DNA from: a virus
Taxonomy: Duplodnaviria; Caudoviricetes
Length of the DNA stretch: 64,000 nucleotides
Virus record (IMG/VR): IMGVR_UViG_3300020202_000070
Coordinates: 1,942 to 65,941 of that record
Direction: 5' to 3' (one strand)
The translations under genes and the position numbers were made by a program. The notes under the pieces are model-generated. The model searched no databases. It had not been told where the DNA came from and was given only the letters and a program-made list of their open reading frames with translations. This document shows positions 34,707 to 42,630 of this stretch, piece after piece. Within the stretch, counting starts at the first letter, position 1. Every line of letters begins with the position of its first letter.

Positions 34707-35882
34707 CTATTCCGAGATCGTGACCGGCCGGCGCTTCCAGTGCATCGGGGGGCCGATTCCGCTCCACCAGTCGTTGTCCTTGTCGCCGCCGAAGTTGCGG
34801 TTCACGATCTGGCCGGTGCCGTTCTTGCCGAGGGCGGCCTTCGCGTCCCGGATCGTCGAGGGTGCGAACTGTGCCTGCCGGCCCGCCTCCTCGATCTCGG
34901 CCGAGGGGTAGGCGTACTCCTTCAGGAATCCGAGCAGCCACGCCTTGCACTGGTCGAGCTTCGACGCGGCCGGCGACTTACCCGCCTCGCGCCCGCTGGT
35001 GTCGATCCCGTCCTGCGCCGGCCCCAGCACCCAGCGACAGCACTCCTTCTGGAAGGTGAGCGGGACGGTCTGGTCGGCGAGGTCGCGGCCGGTCATGAAC
35101 AGCTTGGCCGTGTCGCTGCCCCGCTCACGGTCGAGCACCCACAGCGTGTCGGCCGCGCCGCTGATGCCGAGGGTGCCCGACAGCTCGTCGAACGGGTCTT
35201 CCGCCCTCAGCTTCCGCGTGTGGTGGATGAGCAGCCCCGACGCCCCGTAGTAGTCGAGCAACTCCTTCAGCCCGCCCACCGCCTCGTAGTCCTCCTGGTA
35301 GCTGTTCCCGGCGCCCTTCGGCGGCTGCCGGAACTTCGCCAGCGTGTCCACGATCACCAGCCGCGCCGGCGCCGCCCTGTTCGCTTCGAGCCACTCGGCG
35401 AGGTAGTACAGCCCCCGCTGCTCCTCGGTGGCCCGCGGCCAGCGGGTGTGCAGCGTCAGCCCCGCCGGCGGCACCCAGCCGAGCCCCTGCGAGAGCGTGA
35501 GGAGGCGAGACTTCAGCCGCGGCCGGGTGTCCTCCATCGCCAGGTAGATCACCGCCCCCGGCGTCGCCGTCCGGCCGTCGAGGTCGTGCTCGCCCGCGAC
35601 CGCCCAGCCGATGAGCAGCGACAGCCAACTCTTGCCCTGCTTGGGTCGCCCGCCGAGCACGGTCAGCCCCTCGGGGAGCAGGCCGTCGATAGCGAACCGC
35701 GGCGGGGGGAAGTCGGTGGCGACCAGGTCGGCTGCCGACAGGCCCGGCCCCGGCGAGCCGTCGGCCGCCTGCGCCTTGCGCCAGGGCGGCGTCTCAGCCG
35801 GCTTGCCGTTCGTCTCCGTCGGACGCCCCGGTCCGCCCCCCAATAGCTGCTTCGCCCTCGCTGTCGTTGTTCCGGGCGGCAT
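34707..35882 (-). CDS. AAA_25 / RepA-type SF4 replicative helicase
   Basis: GRPKQGKS Walker A, YLAMED, LVIVDTL, LIHHTRK, SGTLGISGAAD. Confidence 0.9.
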   Translation of the reverse strand: MPPGTTTARAKQLLGGGPGRPTETNGKPAETPPWRKAQAADGSPGPGLSAADLVATDFPPPRFAIDGLLPEGLTVLGGRPKQGKSWLSLLIGWAVAGEHDLDGRTATPGAVIYLAMEDTRPRLKSRLLTLSQGLGWVPPAGLTLHTRWPRATEEQRGLYYLAEWLEANRAAPARLVIVDTLAKFRQPPKGAGNSYQEDYEAVGGLKELLDYYGASGLLIHHTRKLRAEDPFDELSGTLGISGAADTLWVLDRERGSDTAKLFMTGRDLADQTVPLTFQKECCRWVLGPAQDGIDTSGREAGKSPAASKLDQCKAWLLGFLKEYAYPSAEIEEAGRQAQFAPSTIRDAKAALGKNGTGQIVNRNFGGDKDNDWWSGIGPPMHWKRRPVTISE

Positions 35883-36357
35883 CGGTCGGTCGCTCCGTCT
35901 CGGCCATCCGCTGTTCCAGTGCGGCCAGCGCGTTTGCCAGCCGCCACGTTTCCGCTCGCGCCCGCTTCGCCTCGTCCTCGGCCGCGGCCACCCGCCGGCT
36001 CATCGCCAGCCACTGCTCGGCCCCGCCGGGTTTCGAGCTGACGAGCCACGTCAGGACGTCCTTCCACATCACCTCGTCGGCCGCGGCCTGCACCTGGCCG
36101 AAGAGCGCCCCCGGCCGCTCGGCCACCGCGCTCCGCAGTAGGAGCAGGAACACGTCGGCCAGGTCGCCCCGCAGCGTCCGCTCGCGGCCGAGGGCCTCCT
36201 CGAGATCGAAGGCCGCCCGCGCCCGGTCGTCGGGGTCGCCGGCGCCGAAGGCCAGCTCGGCGGCGCGCTCGGCCTCGATCCGGGCGTACACCGCCTCGGC
36301 GTACGCGTCCCACGGCCAGCCCATCCCCTTCGCGGTTTCGACCGTCGCCGCGTCCAT
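35794..36357 (-). CDS. Hypothetical helical protein
   Basis: GAGGAG RBS; coding-like ORF. Confidence 0.6.
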   Translation of the reverse strand: MDAATVETAKGMGWPWDAYAEAVYARIEAERAAELAFGAGDPDDRARAAFDLEEALGRERTLRGDLADVFLLLLRSAVAERPGALFGQVQAAADEVMWKDVLTWLVSSKPGGAEQWLAMSRRVAAAEDEAKRARAETWRLANALAALEQRMAETERPTDAARNNDSEGEAAIGGRTGASDGDERQAG

Positions 36358-36366
36358 GCCCGCTCC

Positions 36367-36627
36367 TCAGTTCGCCTCCGGGCTCTGCCCCAGCCAGCTC
36401 ACCAGCTCCTTCGCCTGCTCGGCGGTCATCGCCGGCAGCCGGCCCGTCGGGGCGCAGCCCTGGCACACCGGCCGCAGGAGGCCGTCGGCGACGTGCCTGG
36501 CGGTCGCGGGCGAGGCGATCACCTTCACCCGGCAGCAGGAGCAGCGGAGCGTCTTCGAGCCGGGCGGGGGCGGCATGTCGGCCGGAGCGTCCTTCACGCG
36601 GACGCAGAGCACCGGGTGTGCGTCCAT
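36367..36627 (-). CDS. Small zinc-finger protein
   Basis: CSCC...CQGC; coupled to the yqaJ stop. Confidence 0.55.
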   Translation of the reverse strand: MDAHPVLCVRVKDAPADMPPPPGSKTLRCSCCRVKVIASPATARHVADGLLRPVCQGCAPTGRLPAMTAEQAKELVSWLGQSPEAN

Positions 36628-37370
36628 CAGATCACCTCCGCCGCGAACCGCTCGTCGGCCGCCGGAGCGGCCTTCGCCGCTTCCGCCGCGAGCGCCTCGC
36701 GGGCTTCGAGCACCTCGAACCAGAACCGCGCCGCCTCGGTGTAGAGCCACGCCTGCTGGTCCGGGTCGGCCGCGACCGGCACCACCGCCAGCCAGTCGGC
36801 CGGCGCCTCGGGCCGCGACCGCTCCGGCAGCGCCCGCCACTCCTCCCACGCGACCGCGCCCGCCGGCGTGAAGCGTTTCGAGGGGTTGAACGTGGCGAAG
36901 TCGGCGCGACTCAGGCCGCACACCAGGAGCTGCCACTGGACCTGCGCCGCGTAGTAGTCGGGCACCACGCCCGCGAGCGCCGCGGAATGCACCTCCCAGC
37001 TCGGGCACTTCAGTTCGAGCAACCAGTCGAGCCGCTCGCCGGGCAGCACCGCGCCGTTCGTACACAGCCCATCCAGGCTGACGCGCGCCCACGGGCAACC
37101 CAGCATCTCGACGCAGCACGGCGGGGCCGGGAACCGCGTGCGGAGCGTGTACAGGTGGCGGGCGTGCGGCTCCAGGACCGTGCCGCGGTACATCGCGCCG
37201 TTGACCGGTCGCTCCCACGCGCCGATCTTCTCGCGGAGCACGTTCGCGCGGGTCGCGTCCTCGAAGGGCGCGAGGCCGACGACGGCGGCGATGTCGCTGC
37301 CGCCGACCCCGGCTTGCCTCCAGGCGCGCCAAGCGTCGGTTCCCTGCGCGAGGTCGCGGATGATGTTCAT
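36627..37370 (-). CDS. yqaJ: YqaJ / lambda-exonuclease family recombination nuclease
   Basis: QGTDAWRAWRQAGVGGSD, RGTVLEP, SLDG, LELKCP, YYAAQVQWQL. Confidence 0.92.
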   Translation of the reverse strand: MNIIRDLAQGTDAWRAWRQAGVGGSDIAAVVGLAPFEDATRANVLREKIGAWERPVNGAMYRGTVLEPHARHLYTLRTRFPAPPCCVEMLGCPWARVSLDGLCTNGAVLPGERLDWLLELKCPSWEVHSAALAGVVPDYYAAQVQWQLLVCGLSRADFATFNPSKRFTPAGAVAWEEWRALPERSRPEAPADWLAVVPVAADPDQQAWLYTEAARFWFEVLEAREALAAEAAKAAPAADERFAAEVI

Positions 37371-37408
37371 GCGGACCCTTCGCTTCAGTCGTCACGAATC
37401 AGCTTCGA

Positions 37409-37883
37409 CCTGCACCTTCGCGATGTTCGGCCGCGAGGTTCAGGGCGGCGGACATCCGGTGGCGGCAGTTCGGACAGCACCTGCACCTTCGCGATGTTCG
37501 GCCGCGAGGTTCAGGGCGGCGGACATCCGGTGGCGGCAGTTCGGACAGCACCTGCACCTTCGCGATGTTCGGCCGCGAGGTTCAGGCGGGGTAGGTGGCG
37601 AGCGCGTGCTCCTTCACCTGCTGCCTGCACCTTCGCGATGTTCGGCCGCGAGGTTCAGGGACAAGGACAACGAGCCGCGCGTCTGCCCCAAGTGCCTGCA
37701 CCTTCGCGATGTTCGGCCGCGAGGTTCAGGCAGCCCGTGCAGGGCCCTGGTGCTCGCAGCCTGCTGCCCCCTGCACCTTCGCGATGTTCGGCCGCGAGGT
37801 TCAGGCATCCCAGACGAAATGGGAAAATGGCAACTGGAAGCCTTTGGCCTGCACCTTCGCGATGTTCGGCCGCGAGGTTCAGG
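37409..37883 (-). CRISPR. CRISPR array: 7 identical 36-bp repeats and 6 spacers (35, 35, 37, 35, 39, 42 bp)
   Basis: + strand repeat CCTGCACCTTCGCGATGTTCGGCCGCGAGGTTCAGG at 37409, 37480, 37551, 37624, 37695, 37770 and 37848; the first two spacers are identical; orientation inferred from the operon and leader. Confidence 0.97.
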
Positions 37884-38031
37884 GGTCCGCGCCGGAAGCG
37901 CCCGCCCTGAAACGGTTTTGGGGACTTCTGGCGAGCGGCACCCGGCGGCCCGCGCCGGACCTGACCCGCCCTCGGCTTTGCAGTAGCCGCAACATGCTGT
38001 GACCTCAGCAAGTAGGTTTACGCGAGAGGTA
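37884..38031 (-). ncRNA. CRISPR leader, possibly with a tracr- or scout-like RNA
   Basis: 148-nt non-coding gap between the effector stop and the first repeat; small hairpins; ACCTCTCGCG is partly complementary to the repeat. Confidence 0.45.
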
Positions 38032-39354
38032 CTACGCTTCGCTCTCGCCCGCATCCGCTTCGGACGCATCGTGTTGGAACGCTAAACCCTCCTCGTTGCA
38101 CAGACACCGCAACCGCTCTCGCAGCGCGTGCCACGGCAGGCTCGGTACGAACGATCGCTCCGCGTCGCGGTAGACGAGTACCCCGCACCGCTGCCGCCGG
38201 GCGAACCCGACGACCGCCGCGGCGATCTGCTTCAGCTCCGAGTCGATCCGCCCGTGCTGCCGTTCGATGTGCGCCGCGGCCCCGCCCGCGACCATCCGGC
38301 GGCGCTTCCGGGCCGGCCACCGCTTCTCGTGCTTCATGTCGTTGCGGTAGCGAGCGAGCCAGCGGGTGTGACCGTACACGGCGCCGCGCACCTGATCGCC
38401 GGAGATGACGAACGGGTCGCGGTCGGGCACTTCGACGGTAATCAAGTTCTCGGCGCCGGTCGTGACCGTCGCGACGCGCTCGGTCTGTTGCGGCGCCGGG
38501 GTGCGCGGAAATCGCCCCGCGATGATCGCCTTGACCCCGACGACCCGGCCGCCGCGCGAGACGGGTACGAGCTTGAGGTCGGCGCCGCGGGCCGCGCCCG
38601 TCACGAGGGCGTCGAAGTCGCGCAACTGCCACTTGAGTTCGGGCGAGCGGTCCAGTTCCAGGAGATACCGCCCGCCGAGGAGCGGCACCGCGACGCGCGG
38701 GATGCGCCCGCCGGGGTCGTCGTGCCAGCCCGCCCACCAGTCGCCGGCGCGGATGGGGAAGGGGTACGGGTAGCCGAACACCATCGGCCGCGCCTTGCCC
38801 TGCCAGAGCACCGCCAGCCGGCCGAAGCTCTTGTGCCCCTTCCAGGCGTCCTCGACGGCCGTGAGGACCGTCAGCGCGCTGCCCGTCGCACCGTCCCACA
38901 GTTGCCGCCACGCCAGCGGCATCACCGACTGGTCGTTCCACAGGGAGTACAGCGTGCCGACCTGGGGCGCCTTCGGGTCGGCGCCCTTGCGCTTGAGCCT
39001 GCGCTTGAATGTGCCGAACATGGCGGCCGGGTCGTACTTCGGCAGCGTTTCCATCTCCGGGGTGCGGCGCACGTCCCGGCGGGCCAGTTCGCGGATCGCC
39101 CAGTTGGCGAGGTCGGTCGCGGCCCGCCACGCCGGGTGGAAGTGCCGCAGGAACCCCTCGGTGAACTCCACATCGTCGCCCCGCGCGTCGAGCCGGCCGA
39201 CCACCCGCGCCACCGGCAGCGAGATCGCCCGCACGCAGTAGTCCGCCGCCAGACAGGCTCCGCAGATGGGGCCGCCGTAATCCTTCCACCCGCGCGGCAG
39301 GCGATTGGAGACGACTTCGGCCGCACAGCGGGCGCAGGCGAACGCACGGCTCAT
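38032..39354 (-). CDS. Nuclease-dead Cas12f/TnpB-like type V effector with an N-terminal zinc finger
   Basis: Collinear with Cas12f WED/REC/RuvC motifs by eye; RuvC-I VATVTTG (no Asp), RuvC-II CGVLVYRD (no Glu), ends before the TNB and RuvC-III; CARC..CGAC at the N-terminus; adjacent to the array. Confidence 0.8.
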   Translation of the reverse strand: MSRAFACARCAAEVVSNRLPRGWKDYGGPICGACLAADYCVRAISLPVARVVGRLDARGDDVEFTEGFLRHFHPAWRAATDLANWAIRELARRDVRRTPEMETLPKYDPAAMFGTFKRRLKRKGADPKAPQVGTLYSLWNDQSVMPLAWRQLWDGATGSALTVLTAVEDAWKGHKSFGRLAVLWQGKARPMVFGYPYPFPIRAGDWWAGWHDDPGGRIPRVAVPLLGGRYLLELDRSPELKWQLRDFDALVTGAARGADLKLVPVSRGGRVVGVKAIIAGRFPRTPAPQQTERVATVTTGAENLITVEVPDRDPFVISGDQVRGAVYGHTRWLARYRNDMKHEKRWPARKRRRMVAGGAAAHIERQHGRIDSELKQIAAAVVGFARRQRCGVLVYRDAERSFVPSLPWHALRERLRCLCNEEGLAFQHDASEADAGESEA

Positions 39355-39917
39355 CGCGGCACCTCCACACGGCTCTCCAGGTCCGCCGCCGCGTTCTTGA
39401 GCGCCGCCACCGCGGCCCGCGGGGCGCAGTGACCCGTGTAGTACGCCTGGCCCGTGCGGTCGAAGAGCACCAGGAAGAACATCGGGTCGGCGACGCCGCG
39501 GGCGGCCAGCGCGTCGAGCAGCACCGGGCGCAGCGCGTCGAGCAGCGCCTCGATCTCGGCCTGCGGGGTCGCTTCGAGGGGGCGCGGCCCGGGCGGTTCA
39601 CTGCCGGCGAGTTGCACCGCCCGCTCGTGCCCGGCCTCCGCCTCGGCGAGGGTGTAGTACCGCTGTTGAAAGTCCGCGTGCGGGCCGCCGAAGATCATCG
39701 TCTCGAAGAGAACGGGCCGACCGTCTTCGCGGGAGCTGTGGTCGATGCCGAGGAACACGGTGGAAACCGTGACGCCGCCGGGCAGCTCGGTCCGGCCGAC
39801 GATCTGGCCGCCCTCGTGGAACGGACGGCGAGCCCCGGCCGATTCGATCCAGCTCGCCATCTCCACGAGGTGCGACGGACGGAAGCTCCCGTCGCCGGTG
39901 GGAACGTAGTACCTCAT
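39351..39917 (-). CDS. Conserved phage hypothetical protein
   Basis: VSTVFLGIDH...PVLFETMIFGG...RYYTLAEAEAGH; ATGA overlap with the effector gene. Confidence 0.7.
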   Translation of the reverse strand: MRYYVPTGDGSFRPSHLVEMASWIESAGARRPFHEGGQIVGRTELPGGVTVSTVFLGIDHSSREDGRPVLFETMIFGGPHADFQQRYYTLAEAEAGHERAVQLAGSEPPGPRPLEATPQAEIEALLDALRPVLLDALAARGVADPMFFLVLFDRTGQAYYTGHCAPRAAVAALKNAAADLESRVEVPR

Positions 39918-40105
39918 TCCGCCGCTCCTTCCCGCCGGCACACCCGGCAGCACAGCCTCACGCCCGGCCGCAGCCCGGCCCGGTCGCCGCGGGCGGCCCG
40001 GCAGGCGTAGTGCCCGCAGCCGAGCTTGGCGATCACGAGCCGGCTGCCGGCCTTGTTGGTGATGAGCTTCTGGCCGGCGACGGGCCGGCGGGGTTTGCGC
40101 CTCAC
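39914..40105 (-). CDS. Small Cys-rich protein
   Basis: LGCGH...CCRVC; coupled on both sides. Confidence 0.5.
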   Translation of the reverse strand: MRRKPRRPVAGQKLITNKAGSRLVIAKLGCGHYACRAARGDRAGLRPGVRLCCRVCRREGAAE

Positions 40106-41574
40106 GTCGTCGCTCCTTCCTTCGCCGCCTTGTTCGCGGCCCGCTTGTCGCGCCGGGCCTGCTTCTCGTTCGCCACCTTCGTCAGCGCCTCGAACAGCTT
40201 GAGCGCCGCCGACGGCATCAGCCCCGGCACCTTCAGCGTGGGGCTGGGCACGAACCCGCAGTGCCTCGCGATCCCGCCGCCCTCGCACGGCCGCAGCTCG
40301 GCGTCGAGCTTGTCGTCGCGGACCTGAGTCCAGTCGAGGCCGGTGGCGTCGCCGAACAGGCCGACGATGCGCTTCACGATGTCGCCGCCGGCGAAGTTGG
40401 GTTTGGGCTGCGCCGCGGTGGCGCCGCTCGCGGACGCTTCGGTGCGCCGCTCGGCCGCGGGCATGGGCTTGGACTCAGCCTTCGCCGGCGTAGAGGTCGC
40501 CGCAGAACTTGCAGGCGCGGCGGTACTCGTAGCCGTGGACGGGGCAGAAGGGGTCGTGGCGGGAGGGTCCGCGCGCTGCTCACCCTCCCCGTCGAGCGGC
40601 GGGCCGTCGGCGCTCATGCGCTGGAGTTCGGCGAGCTTCGCCTGCGTCTCGGCGTCGGCCGCGGTCAGTGCCGCCTTGCGGGCGTCCTTCCGCTTGCCGA
40701 GCTGGTCGATCTGGAAGGCCGTGAGCCGGCCCGCCTTCGCGTCGGCGTTCACCTTCTCCATGACGCCCCTGAGCGCCTCGATCGAGGCCGCGGCGTCGAT
40801 GGCCCTGCCGTGGGCGTCGCCGAGTTCCCCCTGCGAGAGCGGGGCCGCGACCGGCTCGGCGGACAGCCACCAGTCGAACAGCGGCCGCCAGAACTCCGGG
40901 CCGGGTTTGGTGCAGCTCTTGTTGTCCATCGCCGAGCAGCCGCGGACCTTCTCGACGTGCGCCTCGTGGCCGGCGTCGAGGCGCAGCACGCAGTCGAACT
41001 CGTACTCGGTGTTGTCGCGCTGGTCGGTCTTCATGCCGACCTTCTTGATCTGCGCCCGGCCGTTGCCGTCCACCGTCCGCTCGTACTCGCTCTTCACCCG
41101 CATCGTGACGATACAGTGCGCCCGCAGGTCGGTGAGCGTGGTGAGCATGGTCCGCTGTTCGGGGGTGACCTTCGCCCACCCGCCGAACTTGTCGCCGCGG
41201 TTGGCGCGGGCGTACTCGTCCACCTTCTCCATCGCCCCGTGCCAGGCGTGGGAGAGGGAATCGAAGATGATGAGGTCGAAGCCCTGGCCGACGAGGTACT
41301 CGTAGCACTCGGCGTAGCCGGCCGGGTTCTGCTTGTCGTGCGGGATGGCGCACGTCTCGTACTGCCAGGTCTCGCCGTCGATGTGGACGCCGTCGTAGAG
41401 GCCCGCCGACTCGTTCTCGCTGTCGGCCACCACGATCCGCTTGCCGATCCCCGCGCGCCGCATGGCGAACGCGAGGCGCAGGGCCGTGTACGTCTTGCCC
41501 GAGCCGGAGAGGCCCTCCAGGCTGATCTTGAGCGGGCGGCGCTGGCGCTTCGCCTTCTTGACCTCGAAGGACAT
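40102..41574 (-). CDS. AAA_24 / Sak4-like ATPase (single-strand annealing recombinase candidate)
   Basis: KAKRQRRPLKISLEGLSGSGKT, IIFDSLSHAW, VTMRVK, EYEFD. Confidence 0.85.
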   Translation of the reverse strand: MSFEVKKAKRQRRPLKISLEGLSGSGKTYTALRLAFAMRRAGIGKRIVVADSENESAGLYDGVHIDGETWQYETCAIPHDKQNPAGYAECYEYLVGQGFDLIIFDSLSHAWHGAMEKVDEYARANRGDKFGGWAKVTPEQRTMLTTLTDLRAHCIVTMRVKSEYERTVDGNGRAQIKKVGMKTDQRDNTEYEFDCVLRLDAGHEAHVEKVRGCSAMDNKSCTKPGPEFWRPLFDWWLSAEPVAAPLSQGELGDAHGRAIDAAASIEALRGVMEKVNADAKAGRLTAFQIDQLGKRKDARKAALTAADAETQAKLAELQRMSADGPPLDGEGEQRADPPATTPSAPSTATSTAAPASSAATSTPAKAESKPMPAAERRTEASASGATAAQPKPNFAGGDIVKRIVGLFGDATGLDWTQVRDDKLDAELRPCEGGGIARHCGFVPSPTLKVPGLMPSAALKLFEALTKVANEKQARRDKRAANKAAKEGATT

Positions 41575-41627
41575 GGTCAGACTCCGAAACTGAGGAACGG
41601 GAACCGGAACACGCAGGAACAACCCAG

Positions 41628-41700
41628 AACGACCGCCGAGAATTGAACTCGGCCCTCCGCCCTGCTGGCAGGCGGCGCTCTTCCGCTGAGCTACGGTCGC
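41628..41700 (-). tRNA. tRNA-Gly-like gene with an atypical 9-nt anticodon loop and no encoded CCA
   Basis: GCGACCG/CGGTCGT acceptor, GCTC/GAGC D-stem, CCGCC/GGCGG anticodon stem, CCGAG-TTCAATT-CTCGG T-arm, U discriminator. Confidence 0.75.
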
Positions 41701-41884
41701 AAGTTGCCGGATCGCGCTTTTGCACCCTCGCGTCGCGCCCGTCCGGCCGGGCGGCCGCCCCACGAGGGCGGCGGTCACACTCTGATCGAGCCCCGTTCCG
41801 TCTCACCCCCGCACGGGACCACGCGGGTCGTTGGCGGCCACGTCCGCCGGTCCCATCGCCGGCATTCGGCCGCCGGTGATCGCG

Positions 41885-42247
41885 TCACGCGCTCCTGAGC
41901 ACGTCACCGGCCTCGCCCAGCCGGTCGGCGAGCTTCACCGGGCCGACGGCCTTCGCGGCGAGGGCCGCCTTCTCCTCGGCCGACAGCTCGCCGAGCGGGG
42001 CCAGGTCGATCCCGTTGGCGACCATGAAGCGGAACAGCCCGGCGCGGGTGACGCGGCGGAACTTCGAGCCCGGCACCCGGAAGCCCGCCAGCCGGCCGGC
42101 GTCGAAGCAGCGGATCACGCTCTGCTGGCTGATGCCGCACATCTTCGCCACGGCCCCGGTCGTGTAGGTCGGCGCCGCCGGGGCCGCCCCGCTCGGCTGA
42201 ACGGCCGGCGCCGGCCCGGACACTTCGCGCGCGTCGATGACGCCCAT
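41885..42247 (-). CDS. HTH_17 / excisionase-type DNA-binding protein resembling a planctomycete response-regulator N-terminal domain
   Basis: YTTGAVAKMCGISQQSVIRCFDAGRLAGFRVPGSKFRRV. Confidence 0.85.
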   Translation of the reverse strand: MGVIDAREVSGPAPAVQPSGAAPAAPTYTTGAVAKMCGISQQSVIRCFDAGRLAGFRVPGSKFRRVTRAGLFRFMVANGIDLAPLGELSAEEKAALAAKAVGPVKLADRLGEAGDVLRSA

Positions 42248-42283
42248 TGCAACACTCCTCGCCTCGTGGGTTCCGTCCCTCGG

Positions 42284-42598
42284 TCAGGCCGCCACGCCGG
42301 CGGCCGCACAGATCGCCTTCCGCCGGGCCGGCAGCAGCATGCCGTGCCGCTTGATCGCCAGGCTCCGGGGCAGGTCGAAGGCCAGCTTCACGTTGTTGTC
42401 CCCCGGGTGGTGCCGGGCGAACATCACCCGCCCGCCGGCCAGCTCGACCGCGCCGTGCAGGGGCAGCGTGTGGACCGCCTCCCGGCCGCCCTCCCAGACC
42501 CGCAGGGTCGCCTCGGCGGGCGACCACCAGTCGAGCTGCACCACGCACGCGGGGCCAACGTACACTCGCTCCCGTGCCCGGACGCCGAGTACCAGCAT
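42284..42598 (-). CDS. CsrA-like (carbon storage regulator) protein with an internal insertion
   Basis: MLVLGVRARERVYVG...NVKLAFDLPRSLAIKR matches both ends of the CsrA pattern. Confidence 0.6.
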   Translation of the reverse strand: MLVLGVRARERVYVGPACVVQLDWWSPAEATLRVWEGGREAVHTLPLHGAVELAGGRVMFARHHPGDNNVKLAFDLPRSLAIKRHGMLLPARRKAICAAAGVAA

Positions 42599-42630
42599 CG
42601 CCGTCGCCCTCCGTGCGCCGCCGCGGTCGG

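Noticed and set aside
36618-38069. Several ORFs crossing the CRISPR array
   Set aside because: They are translations of the repeats (CTFAMFGREVQ, LNLAAEHREGA) and antisense of yqaJ, not genes.
38032-39354. Interpretation as an IS200/IS605 TnpB transposon or a CAST
   Set aside because: No tnpA or tnsB/C/tniQ, no catalytic RuvC residues, the gene is translationally coupled into a phage operon, and it is followed by a true repeat-spacer array.
41594-41630. GGAAC/GAAC iterations next to the tRNA-like gene as a CsrA-sponge RNA
   Set aside because: The GGA motifs are on the strand opposite the operon and no promoter or hairpin context was seen.
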